Assembly (NCBI RefSeq): GCF_030684315.1
Contig: NW_026728278.1
Location: 62,001 to 126,000, forward strand
Direction of reading: 5' to 3'
DNA from: Stegostoma tigrinum
Lineage: Eukaryota
DNA length: 64,000 nucleotides
Shown here: positions 36,790 through 50,530 of the stretch, piece by piece
Layout of the letters: every line of letters begins with the position of its first letter
Numbering within the stretch: the stretch's first letter is position 1
Position numbers and translations under genes: made by a program
Notes under the pieces: model-generated
What the model was told of the DNA's origin: nothing
Seen by the model: the letters and a program-made list of their open reading frames with translations, nothing else
Databases searched by the model: none

Positions 36790-38460
36790 CCCCAATCCCC
36801 GATTCCCGGTCGGTCGGCCCTCGCAATCCCCGATTCCCGGTCGGTCCGGCCCCCCCAATCCCCGACTCCCGGTCGGTCCGGCCCCCCCAATCCCCGATTC
36901 CCGGTCGGTCCGGCCCCCCCAATCCCCGATTCCCGGTCGGTCCGGCCCCCCCAATCCCCGATTCCCGGTCGGTCCGGCCCCCCCAATCCCCGACTCCCGG
37001 TCGGTCCGGCCCTCCCAATCCCCGACTCCCGGTCGGCCCCGCCCCCCCCAATCCCCGACTCCCGGTCGGTCCGGCCCTCCCAATCCCCGACTCCCGGTCG
37101 GCCCCGCCCCCCAATCCCCAATTCCCGGTCGGCGCCGCCCCCCCGATTCCCGGTCGGTCCGGCCCCCCCAATCCCCAATTCCCGGTCGGCCCCGCCCCCT
37201 CAATCCCCAATTCCCGGTCGGCCCCGCCCCCCAATTCCCGGTCGGTCCGGCCCCCCCCAATCCCCGGTCGGCCCCGCCCCCTCAATCCCCAATTCCCGGT
37301 CGGTCCGGCCCCCCCAATCCCCAATTCCCGGTCGGCCCCGCCCTCTCAATCCCCAATTCCCGGTCGGCCCCGTCCCCCAATCCCCAATTCCCCGTCGGCC
37401 CGGCCCCCCCAATCCCCAATTCCTGGTCGGCCCCACCCCCTCAATCCCCAATTCCCCGTCGGTCCGGCCCCCCCCAATCCCCAGTCGATCCGGCCACGCC
37501 CCCCCCAATCCCCAATTCCCCGTCGGTCCGGTCCCGCCGCCCCAATCCCCAGATCCCCCCCCGGTCCCGGCCCCCCCAATCCCCAGTCGGTCCGGCCCCG
37601 CCCCCCAATCCCAATTCCCCGTCGGTCCCGGCCCCACCCCCCCAATTCCCAGTTCCCCCTCGGTCCAGCCCCCCCAATTCCCAGTTCCCCCTCGGTCCGG
37701 CCCCCCACAATCCCCAGTTCCCCCTCGGTCCGGCCCCCCAATCCCAGTCGGTCCGGCCCCGGCCCCCCAATCCCCAGTCGGTCCCGGCCCCCGCCCCCCA
37801 ATCCCCAATTCCCCCGTCGGTCCGGTCCCGCTCCCCCCCAATCCCCAGTTCCCCATCGCAAAATCCCCGTCGGTGCACCCTCCCGTCCCCGATTCGCAGT
37901 TGATATGCCCACACCCCATCTCCAATTCTCTGTCGACATGGCCCCCCCACCCATCCCCGATTCCTCGTCGATGCGGCCCCCCCCAAATCTCCGATTCCCC
38001 GTCAGTGCAGCCCCCCCATCCAAGATTCCGCGTCGATGCGGCCCCACCAATCTCCGATTCCCCATCGATACGGCCCCCCCGACCCGTCCCCGATTCCTCC
38101 TCGATGCTGCCCCCCCAATCCCCAATTCCCCGTCGATACGGCCCCCATCCTCAATTCCCCATGGATACATCCCTCCCCCTGGCCAAGATTCCCCGTCGAT
38201 ACAGCCCCTAAATCCCCGATTCCCCGTCGATACGGCACCCCCAAGCCCCGAATCCCTGTCGATATGGCCGCCCTCCCGTCCCCGATACCCCGTCAATACG
38301 TCCCTCACCCCCCCCGATTCCCCGTCGATATGGCAGCCCCTTCCCCAATTTCCCATCGATACGTCCCTCTCCCGTTTCCGATTCCCCGTTGATACGGCCC
38401 CCCCCTTCCCCGATAATACGTTTCCTCCCACCCCGTCCCTGATTCCCAGTCGATTATGGC
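36790..38460. repeat. ~31-bp C-rich minisatellite
   Basis: ccccccaatccccgattcccggtcggtccgg, progressively diverging rightward. Confidence 0.9.
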
Positions 38461-38486
38461 CCCCCCCCCCCCCCCCCCGTCAATAT

Positions 38487-38745
38487 TCAGATTTAAAAGG
38501 GAGCTGAGGGGCAACTTTTTCACGCAGCGGGTGGTGCGTATGTGGACCGAGCTGCCAGAGGAAGTGGGTGGGGCTGGTACACTGACATTATTTAAAAGGC
38601 ATCTGGATGGGGACTTGGATAGGAAGGGTTCAGAGGGATAGGGGCCAAACACTGGCAAATGGGACAGGATTAATTTAGGATACCTGGGTCGGCCTGGACG
38701 GGTTGGGCGGAAGGGTCTGTTTCCGTGTAGTACAGCTCTATGACC
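38487..38745 (+). mobile_element. CR1 3' fragment
   Basis: FKRELRGNFFTQRVVRMWTELPEEV...FKRHLD plus 3' UTR. Confidence 0.8.
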
Positions 38746-39375
38746 CTACACACTGGACGTCCTGTAACTTTGCCAGCAGAAAGGCAAAACCATCCGAAGC
38801 CTGGGCGAAGCACTTATTGCTCTTCCTGAATGCTGTGCCTTCTTCACTGCGAAGCCTGAGACTTTATAAGTTGGGAGCCAGTTGGCCTGGCCATGCAGAG
38901 GTGAAATCTGGAGAGAACATCAAGGAGCGGCGGGTTCGTCCGAGATAACAGGCTGACCGCAGCGGTGTAACAGAACAGACTGGGCACCTTCAAAACCTTT
39001 CAAGAAGGTAATCTGGACTCTAAAACTTTCTTATTTCAAAGTTAAATGCGCTTAAGTGCAACTTGACTGATCAAGCACATCAACATGAGGCAAAAACACT
39101 GTTAGTTAAATTCAACAAAGGAAGTAAGGAACTTTTGAAGAACAACTCTAATGGAAAACGTAAGAGAATATTTTCCAACTAAAGAGCAACCATTCCGGTA
39201 TAGTAGCAGCCCGTGAACACCACGCTTGATTTTGGCTAGAACCGAGGGAGGGGGGACACAAAATAAAAACAGCCTCCCTTCAGCAACGGCTGAAAGCTAA
39301 TCCTAAAAATCCCTGGGTCCATGACAGCTTCATCGACACCGACAGAGGCTCCTGCGCTTTTTTTTTAACGAATAG

Positions 39376-40202
39376 TGGTTGAGCCCCTCTGAGAACTAAA
39401 ACCGAGACGTCCAGAGAGGAGCGTCTCACCCCATAATCTGTGAACAGGGAGTAACCTGCCTTTCAGAAACTTCTTGTGGTTCAATAGGTCGCTGACACTC
39501 ACTTTACAATTAACAAGTAACAATTTGTTTATCTAACTGTGAATAAATTAACGAAACTATTCACGAATCAAATAAATCCACTGTAACTACTAACTATTCT
39601 CGAATAAGGCAAGATTCTAATGGCACGCCGTTCCAATAAGTGTAAATCTCACCCGTATTTGAAAATGAAGAGAATTCAGTCTCTGGAAAGTACAGATAGG
39701 TTGTGTGCCTTCCAGAATGTTCTACGATGATTCCTCTGTCAGGAATGTCCCCTCCATCGATTCTTCTGTCAGGAATGTTAGTGTTGTTATTTCGATGGTG
39801 CTATCTCTAAGACATAGAGGAGACTGTGAGAGCCAGCGATTCTGTCTTGAGAGCTGAGGGCCGTTAGCTCTGGCAGATGGCAGCTAGCTCTGGTGTCTTT
39901 GTCCAACTAACCCCCCCCCTTCTTCTTTTATACCCTTCATGACACATTAATATTTCAAACAATAGGATTGGCCACCACATCTAAATTTAATTTTTTTTTG
40001 GTATCTAAGTGCCTGGTTCACATTGAGAGGCCAGTGCTCTTGGCACTTTCGCCTGCGAACTGTATGGCCTTCCGATACCAATATTTCAAGTCGGGTGCTC
40101 TCTGTTTACTCACAAACCCTCAAGCTGCTACTCAAAGGCATCCAGTTCGAATCTCTCGGGGCGGTGGGGAAACCATCATCCTTTAAAGGGACCACGCAAC
40201 CA
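39376..40202 (-). mobile_element. Possible solo LTR
   Basis: AT-richer 827-bp block bounded by TGGTTG...CAACCA; minus-strand GGTATAAAG near 39930; no target-site duplication seen. Confidence 0.3.
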
Positions 40203-41182
40203 GCACTGAATTCTGACAGCCGGACCTGCTGAGTTTTTCCGGCAACTTTGTTTCTGTTCCCAATTCTAACTTGCAGCCTCCCAATGACCGAGCGCTCTAC
40301 CCAGCTTCACAGCACGTTCCAACTTGTATAAAAAAAACGCAGACCCCCCCAACACACACACATACACACACACGTGCGCGCGCGCGGATTCACAGATTAT
40401 TTATGTCCTTGAAGCTTGCTTCTCACCTGTCCCCCAGTCTCTCTGGAAAGTAAAGCAGGTCAAAAGAGACATCTTAAAAGCCACAGCAGGGTCACACACG
40501 TGGGGCTGCATTTTGCGACTTTGCCTCCGCTTCCGCCCCCCCCCCCCCCAACCTTGACAGCATTTCCTTTCCATGTCTCTGTCTACAATTACGCAGCACC
40601 TTTACAGCGCAGTTCTGCAAAAGATTTTCACCAGAGCCTACAAGCGAAGACTTGACAGTGTCCCTCGGACTGAGGATGGTCTGCAAATCCCTCCTTGCTC
40701 ATGGAGGGCTCCCAGTCCCAGAGCAGTCATTGTGCTGGCAGGCGGGAGCAGGTGCCATCGCGCGCTGACAGTCGGTGCTAAGCAGCCGAAACACAAAAAA
40801 ACAATGGATAGACTTTTGCCGGGAAGACCGCAAAAGGTCGGAAGTACGGGATGGAAACCTGATTGCTCCCTGGCTGCCCTGCCATCGCAAAATTGTTGGA
40901 GGGTCGGAGAGCAGAATCCTGGCGAGTATTCCTCAGAGTTGACTATCTATATGACCTTCAGAAACCAAGCGAGATGCGAGCCAGTGATATTACGCATCAT
41001 GGAATAGCTTCATTGAACTGCTCAGAAACATCGCTTCAGTTTTTCTGTTGAGTTGTCTCTTGTCTCTCAGCGCCTGAGCCCATCAAGAATGAAGGGTTTA
41101 ACTCAGACACAGTAATCAGAACACCCTGTTAGACTGTCAGGAATCACAGAAACACATCCTTCAGTCCAACTTGTCCTTGGTG

Positions 41183-42570
41183 ATAGAGAGAGAGATGTTT
41201 AATCAGGAAGGGGGGGATCGAGGGGTTATATTCGAGGCTGAGAGAGAGAGATGTTTAATCAGGAAGGGGGGGGATCGCGGCTGAGAGAGAGAGAGAGATG
41301 TTTAATCAGGAAGGGCGGGGGATCGAGGGTTATATTTGAGGCTGAGAGAGATGTTTAATCAGGAAGGGGGGGATCGAGGGGTTATATTCGAGGCTGAGAG
41401 AGAGAGATGTTTAATCAGGAAGGGGGGGGATCGAGGCTGAGAGAGAGATGTTTAATCAGGAAGGGGGGGATCGCGGGGTTATATTCGAGGCTGAGAGAGA
41501 GAGATGTTTAATCAGGAAGGGGGGGATCGCGGGGTTATATTCGAGGCTGAGAGAGAGAGATGTTTAATCAGGAAGTGGGGGGATCGAGGGGTTATATTCG
41601 AGGCTGAGAGAGAGAGAGATGTTTAATCAGGAAGGGGGGGGGATCGAGGGGTCATATTAGAGGCTGAGAGAGAGATGTTTAATCAGGAAGGGGGGGATCG
41701 AGGGGTTATATTCGAGGCTGAGAGAGAGATGTTTAATCAGGAAGGGGGGGGATCGAGGGGGTCATATTAGAGGCTGAGAGAGAGATGTTTAATCAGGAAG
41801 GGGGGGGATCGAGGGGTTATATTCGAGGCTGAGAGAGAGATGTTTAATCAGGAAGGGAGGGGATCGAGGGGTTATATTCGAGGCTGAGAGAGAGAGATGT
41901 TTAATCAGGAAGGGGGGGGGATCGAGGGGTTATATTCGAGGCAGAGAGAGAGAGATGTTTAATCAGGAAGTGGGGGATCGAGGGGTTATATTCGAGGCTG
42001 AGAGAGAGATGTTTAATCAGGAAGGGGGGTACGAGGGGTTATATTCGAGGCTGAGAGAGAGAGAGAGATGTTTAATCAGGAAGGAGGGGATCGAGGGGTT
42101 ATATTCGAGGCTGAGAGAGAGAGAGAGAGATGTTTAATCAGGAAGGGGGGGGGATCGAGGGGTTATATTCGAGGCAGAGAGAGAGAGATGTTTAATCAGG
42201 AAGGGGGGGGATCGAGGGGTTATATTCGAGGCAGAGAGAGAGAGATGTTTAATCAGGAAGGGGGGGGATCGAGGGGTTATATTCGAGGCTGAGAGAGAGA
42301 GAGATGTTTAATCAGGAAGGGGGGGGGATCGAGGGGTTATATTCGAGGCTGAGAGAGAGAGATGTTTAATCAGGAAGGGGGGGATCGAGGGGTTATATTC
42401 GAGGCTGAGAGAGAGAGATGTTTAATCAGGAAGGGGGGGATCGAGGGGTTATATTCGAGGCTGAGAGAGAGAGAGATGTTTAATCAGGAAGTGGGGGGAT
42501 CGAGGGGTTATATTCGAGGCTGAGAGAGAGAGATGTTTAATCAGGAAGTGGGGGGATCGAGGGGTTATAT
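41183..42570. repeat. ~53-56-bp minisatellite, same unit as 31170-31730
   Basis: gagagagatgtttaatcaggaagggggggatcgaggggttatattcgaggct. Confidence 0.97.
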
Positions 42571-42976
42571 TTGGACGGAGTGTGGGTTGTGGCCAGATTC
42601 CCCCGGGCCCCTCTCATTCGGACCCCAGGGCGTGGGGAGTGAGGGGTGGGGGGTGGTGTCAGAGGGTCGCCGGGCGACTTCCCTGTCTCCGGGGAGACCT
42701 TGACCTTCAGATGCTCGTCACTTTGAGACCGATTGTGAGCTCACAATCTCCAGAGCGACGTTGTGACGACCGTCCTCGGTCGCTGTGACGATTAACGCCC
42801 CCCCCCCCCCGACTTATTTCGGGGGTGGGGGAGCTGTTGTCTGTGGGTGGGGTGGTTGGTACGGGGGGGCTGGTTCCAGGCCATCGCTCCCACTTGCCTC
42901 CTCCTTCGATGCCCGCAGACGGTGGGAGAGGGCAGGGTGAGCTGTGTGACTGGGTGAGGGTGGGCGTTCTTCAGCG

Positions 42977-43034
42977 ATGCATCTCTGTACCTGGACAGTC
43001 GTGGCACTGCTGCAGTTCTCCATCGCTGAACTGG
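42977..43034 (+). CDS. Leader exon of an uncharacterised Ig V-domain membrane protein
   Basis: ATG...MHLCTWTVVALLQFSIAEL G|gtacgt; hydrophobic signal-like peptide; phase 1 donor in frame with the V1 exon. Confidence 0.65.
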
Positions 43035-43057
43035 GTACGTGCGGAGGGTCAGGGCCA

Positions 43058-45103
43058 AGGGAGCGGGCGCCGTCGGAGGGCCGGGGCCGAGGGAGCGGGC
43101 GCCGTCGGGGGGCCGGGGACGAGGGTGCGGGCGCCGTCGGGGGGCCGGGGACGAGGGAGCGGGCGCCGTCGGGGGGCCGGGGACGAGGGAGCGGGCGCCG
43201 TCGGAGGGCCGGGGACGAGGGAGCGGACGCCGTCGGGGGGCCGGGGACGAGGGAGCGGGCGCCGTCGGGGGGCCGGGGACGAGGGAGCGGGCGCCGTCGG
43301 GGGGCCGGGGGACGAGGGAGCGGGCGCCGTCGAGGGGCCGGGGGACGAGGGAGCGGGGCGCCGTCGGGGGGCCGGGGACGAGGGAGCGGGCGCCGTCGGG
43401 GGGGGCCGGGGACGAGGGAGCGGGCGCCGTCGGGGGGCCGGGGACGAGGGAGCGGGCGCCGTCGGAGGGCCGGGGACGAGGGAGCGGGCACCGTCGGGGG
43501 ACGAGGGAGCGGGCGCCGTCGGAGGGCCGGGGACGAGGTAGCGGGCGCCGTCGGAGGGCCGGGGACGAGGGAGCGGGCGCCGTCGGGGGGACGGGGACGA
43601 GGGAGCGGGCGCCGTCGGGGGGCCGGGGACGAGGGAGCGGGCGCCGTCGGAGGGCCGGGGACGAAGGGAGCGGGCGCCGTCGGGGGGACGGGGACGAGGG
43701 AGCGGGCGCCGTCGGGGGGCCCGGGGACGAGGGAGCGGGCGCCGTCGGGGGGGCCGGGGACGAGGGAGCGGGCGCCGTCGGGGGGCCGGGGACGAGGGAG
43801 CGGGCGCCGTCGGGGGGACGGGGGACGAGGGAGCGGGCGCCGTCGGGGGGCCGGGGGACGAGGGAGCGGGAGCCGTCGGGGGGCCGGGGGACGAGGGAGC
43901 GGGCGCCGTCGGGGGGCCGGGGGACGAAGGGAGCGGGAGCCGTCGGGGGGGCCGGGGGGACGAGGGGAGCGGGCGCCGTCGGGGGGCCGGGGGACGAGGG
44001 AGCGGGCGCCGTCGGGGGGGCCGGGGGACGAGGGAGCGGGCGCCGTCGGGGGGCCGGGGGACGAGGGAGCGGGCGCCGTCGGGGGGGCCGGGGGACGAGG
44101 GAGCGGGCGCCGTCGGGGGGCCGGGGGACGAGGGAGCGGGCGCCGTCGGGGGGCCGGGGGACGAGGGAGCGGGCGCCGTCGGGGGCCGGGGGACGAGGGA
44201 GCGGGGCGCCGTCGGGGGGGCCGGGGGACGAGGGAGCGCGCGCCGTCGGGGGGCCGGGGCCGAGGGAGCGGGCGCCGTCGGGGGACGAGGGAGCGGGCGC
44301 CGTCGGGGGACGAGGGAGCGGGCGCCGTCGGGGGACGAGGGAGCGGGCGCCGTCGGGGGACGAGGGAGCGGGCGCCGTCGGGGGGCCGGGGACGAGGGGA
44401 GCGGGCGCCGTCGGGGGACGAGGGAGCGGGCGCCGTCGGGGGGGCCGGGGACGAGGGAGCGGGCGCCGTCGGGGGGGGCCTGGGCCGAGGGAGCGGGCGC
44501 CGTCGGGGGACGAGGGAGCGGGCGCCGTCGGGGGGCCGGGGACGAGGGAGCGGGCGCCGTCGGGGGGGCCGGGGACGAGGGAGCGGGCGCCGTCGGGGGA
44601 CGAGGGAGCGGGCGCCGTCGGAGGGTCGTGGGACGAGGGTGCGGGGCGCCGTCGGGGGGCCGGGGGACGAGGGAGCGGGCGCCGTCGGGGGGCCGGGGGA
44701 CGAGGGAGCGGGCGCCGTCGTCGGGGGGACGAGGGAGCGGGCGCCGTCGGGGGCCGGGGGACGAGGGAGCGGGCGCCGTCGGGGGGACGAGGGAGCGGGC
44801 GCCGTCGGGGGGCCGGGGGACGAGGGAGCGGGCGCCGTCGGGGGGCCGGGGGACGAGGGAGCGGGCGCCATCGGGGACGAGGGAGCGGGCGCCGTCGGGG
44901 GGCCGGGGGACGAGGGAGCGGGCGCCGTCGTGGGACGAGGGAGCGGGCGCCGTCGGGGGGCCGGGGGACGAGGGAGCGGGTGCCGTCGGGGGGCCGGGGG
45001 ACGAGGGAGCGGGCGCCGTCGGAGGGCCGGGGGACGAGGGAGCGGGCGCCGTCGGAGGGCCGGGGGACGAGGGAGCGGGCGCCGTCGGAGGGCCGGGGAC
45101 GAG
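43058..45103. repeat. ~32-bp extremely GC/CpG-rich minisatellite
   Basis: gacgagggagcgggcgccgtcggggggccgggg; fills intron 1 of the Ig V gene. Confidence 0.97.
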
Positions 45104-45222
45104 GTGAAGCTGCTACCACTGGCCCCGAGGTGCTGGGTGGCGCTAGGTGAATGCAGCTGCTTTTCTCGCCATGCTAACCACCTCTCCTTCTCCCCCCCCC
45201 CCCACCCCCCCAACCCCGGCAG

Positions 45223-45628
45223 ATTTTGTGCAGGTTTTTGACATCCTCATCTCAGCCGAAGGCAGCAACTCCTCGTTTCACCCAGAGATCCTGTTCCTGA
45301 ACGGGTCTGGCTTCACCCTCGCCAAAGTCGGTGACATTGCCACCCTGTACTGTCACATCATGTTGTTGGGCGAGTCGGCCGAGCCACGCTACGCTGTACG
45401 CTGGGAGGCGAGTCGCTACGGTGAGCTGACAGTGGCCCAGTTTGACCAGAGCCAGGACGAAGGCCCCTTCATCCACCCGGCCTACCGAGGCAGGCTCAGT
45501 CTGGTCTCCCATGGCCCCGAAAGCCTGCTGCACTTTGACCCTGTCCAGGAGCAGGACTTTGGAGAGTACCTCTGCAAGGGGCATGTGGTGGGCCAGGAGG
45601 GTGAGACCTTCACCTCGCTGTCTGTCCT
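45223..45628 (+). CDS. Ig V-set domain 1 (3' end lost in gap)
   Basis: cggcag|(D)FVQV...GDIATLYC...YAVRW...HPAYRGRLSL...LHFDPVQEQDFGEYLC: B-strand Cys, C-strand Trp, D-strand Arg, DxGxYxC. Confidence 0.88.
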
Positions 45629-45791
45629 NNNNNNNNNNNNNNNNNNNNNNNNNNNNNNNNNNNNNNNNNNNNNNNNNNNNNNNNNNNNNNNNNNNNNNNN
45701 NNNNNNNNNNNNNNNNNNNNNNNNNNNNNNNNNNNNNNNNNNNNNNNNNNNNNNNNNNNNNNNNNNNNNNNNNNNNNNNNNNNNNNNNNNN

Positions 45792-46949
45792 CTCAACTCT
45801 CCATCTCTCTCACTCTCTCTATGTGTACAACTCTCCATCTCTCTCTCTGTGTGTACAAATCTCCATCTCTGTCTCTCTCTCTCACTCTCCATCTCTCTCA
45901 CTCTCTCTCTCTATGTGTACAACTCTCCATCTCTCTCACTCTCTCTCTGTGTACAACTCTCCATCTCTCTCTCTGTGTGTACAAATCTCCATCTCTGTCT
46001 CTCTCTCTCACTCTCCATCTCTCTCACTCTCTCTCTCTCTCTATGTGTACAACTCTCCATCTCTCTCACTCTCTCTATGTGTACAAATCTCCATCTCTCT
46101 CACTCTCTCTCTCTCTCTCTCTCTATGTGTACAAATCTCCATCTCTCTCACTCTCTCTCTCTCTCTCTCTCTCTATGTGTACAACTCTCCATCTCTCACT
46201 CTCCATCTCTCTCTCGACGTGTAGAACTCTCTCAACTCTTCAAATCTCTGTCTCACTCTCCAACTCTCTATCTCTCTCTCTCTGTACATCTCACACTCTC
46301 CATCTCTCTCACTCTCTATGTGTACAACTCTCCATCTGTCCCTCTGTCTCGCTGACACTCTCTGTATATATGACAGCATATCTCTCCATCTGTCCCTCTC
46401 TCTATATATATTACAGCATATCTCTCCATCTGTCCCTCTCTCTCTCTCTGTCTCCCTGACACTGTCTGTATATATTACAGCATATCTCTCCATCTGTCCC
46501 TCTCTCTCTGTCTCCCTGACACTGTCTGTATATATTACAGCATATCTCTCCATCTGTCCCTCTCTCTCTCTCTCTCTGTCTCCCTGACACACTCTGTATA
46601 CATTACAGCATATCTCTCCATCTGTCCCTCTCTCTCTCTGTCTCGCTGACACTCTGTATATATTACAGCANNNNNNNNNNNNNNNNNNNNNNNNNNNNNN
46701 NNNNNNNNNNNNNNNNNNNNNNNNNNNNNNNNNNNNNNNNNNNNNNNNNNNNNNNNNNNNNNNNNNNNNNNNNNNNNNNNNNNNNNNNNNNNNNNNNNNA
46801 TATTACAGCATATCTCTCCATCTGTCCCTCTCCATCTGTCTCCCTGACACTCTCTGTATATATGACAGGATATCTCTCCATCTGTCCCTCTCTCTCTGTC
46901 TCCCTGCCCTGACACTCTCTGTATATATTACAGCATATCTCTCCATCTG

Positions 46950-46995
<46 letters not shown>

Positions 46996-48144
46996 CCTGA
47001 CACTCTCTGTATATATGACAGCATATCTCTCCATCTGTCTCTCTCCCTCTGTCTCCCTGACACTCTCTGTATATACGACAGCATATCTCTCCATCTGTCT
47101 CTCTCCCTCTGTCTCCCTGACACTCTCTGTATATACGACAGCATATCTCTCCATCTGTCCCTCTCCATCTGTCTCCCTGACACTCTCTGTATATATGACA
47201 GCATATCTCTCCATCTGTTCCCCTGTCTCTCTCTCTGTCTCCCTGACACTCTCTGTATATATTACAGCATATCTCTCCATCTGTCCCTCTCTCTCTCTGT
47301 ATATATGACAGCATATCTCTCCATCTGTCCCTCTCTCTCTCTGTCTCCCTGACACTCTCTGTATATATTACAGCATATCTCTCCATCTGTCCCTATCTCT
47401 CTCTCTCTTTCTCCCTGACACACTCTGTATATATTACAGCATATCTCTCCATCTGTCTCTCTCCATCTGTCTCCCTGACACTCTCTGTATATATTACAGC
47501 ATATCTCTCCATCTGTCCCTCTCTCTCTCTCTCTGTCTCCCTCACTCTCTCTGTATATATTACAGCATATCTCTCCATCTGTTCCCCTGTCTCTCTCTCT
47601 GTCTCCCTGACACTCTCTGTATATATTACAGCATATCTCTCCATCTGTCCCTCTCTCTCTCTGTATATATGACAGCATATCTCTCCATCTGTCCCTCTCT
47701 CTCTCTGTCTCCCTGACACTCTCTGTATATATTACAGCATATCTCTCCATCTGTCCCTATCTCTCTCTCTCTGTCTCCCTGACACACTCTGTATATATTA
47801 CAGCATATCTCTCCATCTGTCTCTCTCCATCTGTCTCCCTGACACTCTCTGTATATATTACAGCATATCTCTCCATCTGTCCCTCTCTCTCTCTCTCTCT
47901 GTCTCCCTCACTCTGTCTGTATATATTACAGCATATCTCTCCATCTGTCCCTCTCTGTCTCTCTCTCTCTCTGTCTCCCTGACACACTGTGTATATATTA
48001 CAGCATATCTCTCCATCTGTCCCTCTCCATCTGTCTCCCTGACACTCTCTGTATATATGACAGCATATCTCTCCATCTGTCCCTCTCTCTCTGTCTCCCT
48101 GCCCTGACACTCTCTGTATATATTACAGCATATCTCTCCATCTG

Positions 48145-48182
<38 letters not shown>

Positions 48183-49225
48183 CCTGACACTCTCTGTATA
48201 TATGACAGCATATCTCTCCATCTGTCTCTCTCCCTCTGTCTCCCTGACACTCTCTGTATATACGACAGCATATCTCTCCATCTGTCCCTCTCCATCTGTC
48301 TCCCTGACACTCTCTGTATATACGACAGCATATCTCTCCATCTGTCCCTCTCCATCTGTCTCCCTGACACTCTCTGTATATATGACAGCATATCTCTCCA
48401 TCTGTTCCCCTGTCTCTCTCTCTGTCTCCATGACACTCTCTGTATATATTACAGCATATCTCTCCATCTGTCCCTCACTCTCTCTGTCTCCCTGACACTC
48501 TCTGTATATATTACAGCATATCTCTCCATCTGTCCCTATCTCTCGCTCTCTGTCTCCCTGACACACTCTGTATATATTACAGCATATCTCTCCATCTGTC
48601 TCTCTCCATCTGTCTCCCTGACACTCTCTGTATATATTACAGCATATCTCTCCATCTGTCCCTCTCTCTCTCTGTCTCGCTGACACTCTGTATATATTAT
48701 AGCATATCTCTCCATCTGTCCCTCTCTCTCTCTCTGTCTCCCTGACACTCTCTGTATATATTACAGCATATCTCTCCATCTGTTCCTCTCTCTCTCTCTG
48801 TCTCGCTGACACTCTGTATATATTACAGCATATCTCTCCATCTGTCCCTCTTTCTCTCTCTCTGTCTCCTTCACTCTCTCTGTATATATTACAGCATATC
48901 TCTCCATCTGTCCCTCTCTCTCTCTCTCTCTCTGTCTCGCTGACACTCTGTATATATTACAGCATATCTCTCCATCTGTCCCTCTCTGTCTCTCTGTCTC
49001 CCTGACACTGTCTGTATATATTACAGCATATCTCTCCATCTGTCCCTCTCTCTCTCTCTGTCTCCCTCACTCTCTCTGTATATATGACAGCGTATCTCTC
49101 CATCTGTCCCTCTCTCTCTCTCTGTCTCGCTGACACTCTGTATATATTACAGCATATCTCTCCATCTGTCCCTCTCTCTCTCTCTGACACTCTGTATATA
49201 TTACAGCATATCTCTCCATCTGTCC

Positions 49226-49262
<37 letters not shown>

Positions 49263-50530
49263 CCTGACACACTCTATATATATTACAGCATATCTCTCCA
49301 TCTGTCCCTCTCCATCTGTCTCCCTGACACTCTCTGTATATATGACAGCATATCTCTCCATCTGTCCCTCTCTCTCTCTCTCTCTCTGTCTCCTTCACTC
49401 TCTCTGTATATATTACAGCATATCTCTCCATCTGTCCCTCTCTCTCTCTCTGTCTCCCTGACACTGTCTGTATATATGACAGCATATCTCTCCATCTGTT
49501 CCCCTGTCTCTCTCTCTGTCTCCCTGACACTCTCTGTATATATTACAGCATATCTCTCCATCTGTCCCTCTCTCTCTCTCTGTCTCGCTGACACTCTGTA
49601 TATATACAGCATATCTCTCCATCTGTCCCTCTCTCTCTCTCTGTCTCCCTGACACTCTCTGTATATATGACAGCATATCTCTCCATCTGTCCGTCTCTCT
49701 CTCTCTGTATATATTACAGCATATCTCTCCATTTGTCCCTCTCTCTCTCTCTTTCTGTCTCCCTGACACTCTCTGTATATATTACAGCATATCTCTCCAT
49801 CTGTCCCTCCCTCTCTCTCTGTATATATTACAGCATATCTCTCCATTTGTCCCTCTCTCTCTCTGCATCTCTCTGACTCTCTATATATACACATATATAT
49901 CTTTCTCTTTTTATTTCTCTGATGTTGTCTCTCTCTATATATACACATATCTCTCCATCAGTGTCTCTCACTCTTTCTATCTCTCTGACACTCTCTCTAT
50001 ATACGTACATACACATATATCTCTTCATCTCTCTCTGTTTGTATCTCTCTGATACTCTCCCTCTCTCTCTTTTTCTCTGTCTCTCCATCTCACTCTACCT
50101 GTCTCTGTAGCTCTCAATTTTCTCTGTGTCTCTCTCTCTCTCTCCCTCCCTGTCTGTCTCTCTATCTCCCTCTTTCTCTCTCCCTACCTCTCAGCTCTCT
50201 CTAGGTCTCTCTTTCTTCCCCCCCCCCTTCATATTTCTCTGACCCTGTGTCCCTCTCTCTGTGTCTATCTCTCTATCTCCCTCTTTCTCTCTCTCTCTAT
50301 ACCTGTCAACTCTTTCTCTCACTGTTCCTCTAGCTTTCTTTGAGTGTCTCTTTATCTCCCTGTTTTTCACTCCCTATGGCTCAGCTCTATATCTGTCTCC
50401 CTCTCTCTCTCCCTCTGTTTGTATTTCTCTGACCCTCTGACTGTAGCCCTCCCCCTCCCTCTCTCTGTATCTTTCTGTCTCTCTACCTTCCTGTTTCTAT
50501 GCCCCTACCTCTCAACTCTCTGTCTCTCTT
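45792..50530. repeat. CT-rich compound satellites (~60-bp unit in 46340-49860)
   Basis: tatatattacagcatatctctccatctgtccctctc...tctccctgacactctctg. Confidence 0.95.

Noticed and set aside
36389-38507. Collagen-like or Pro-rich ORFs
   Set aside because: Products of the 31-bp repeat; no sustained Gly-X-Y register or splice support.
40573-41007. 144-aa non-repetitive ORF
   Set aside because: No recognisable homology or convincing exon structure.
42792-45241. 700-800-aa ORFs in nearly all frames
   Set aside because: Stop-poor GC minisatellite; only the first 19 codons of 42977+ are kept as a leader exon.
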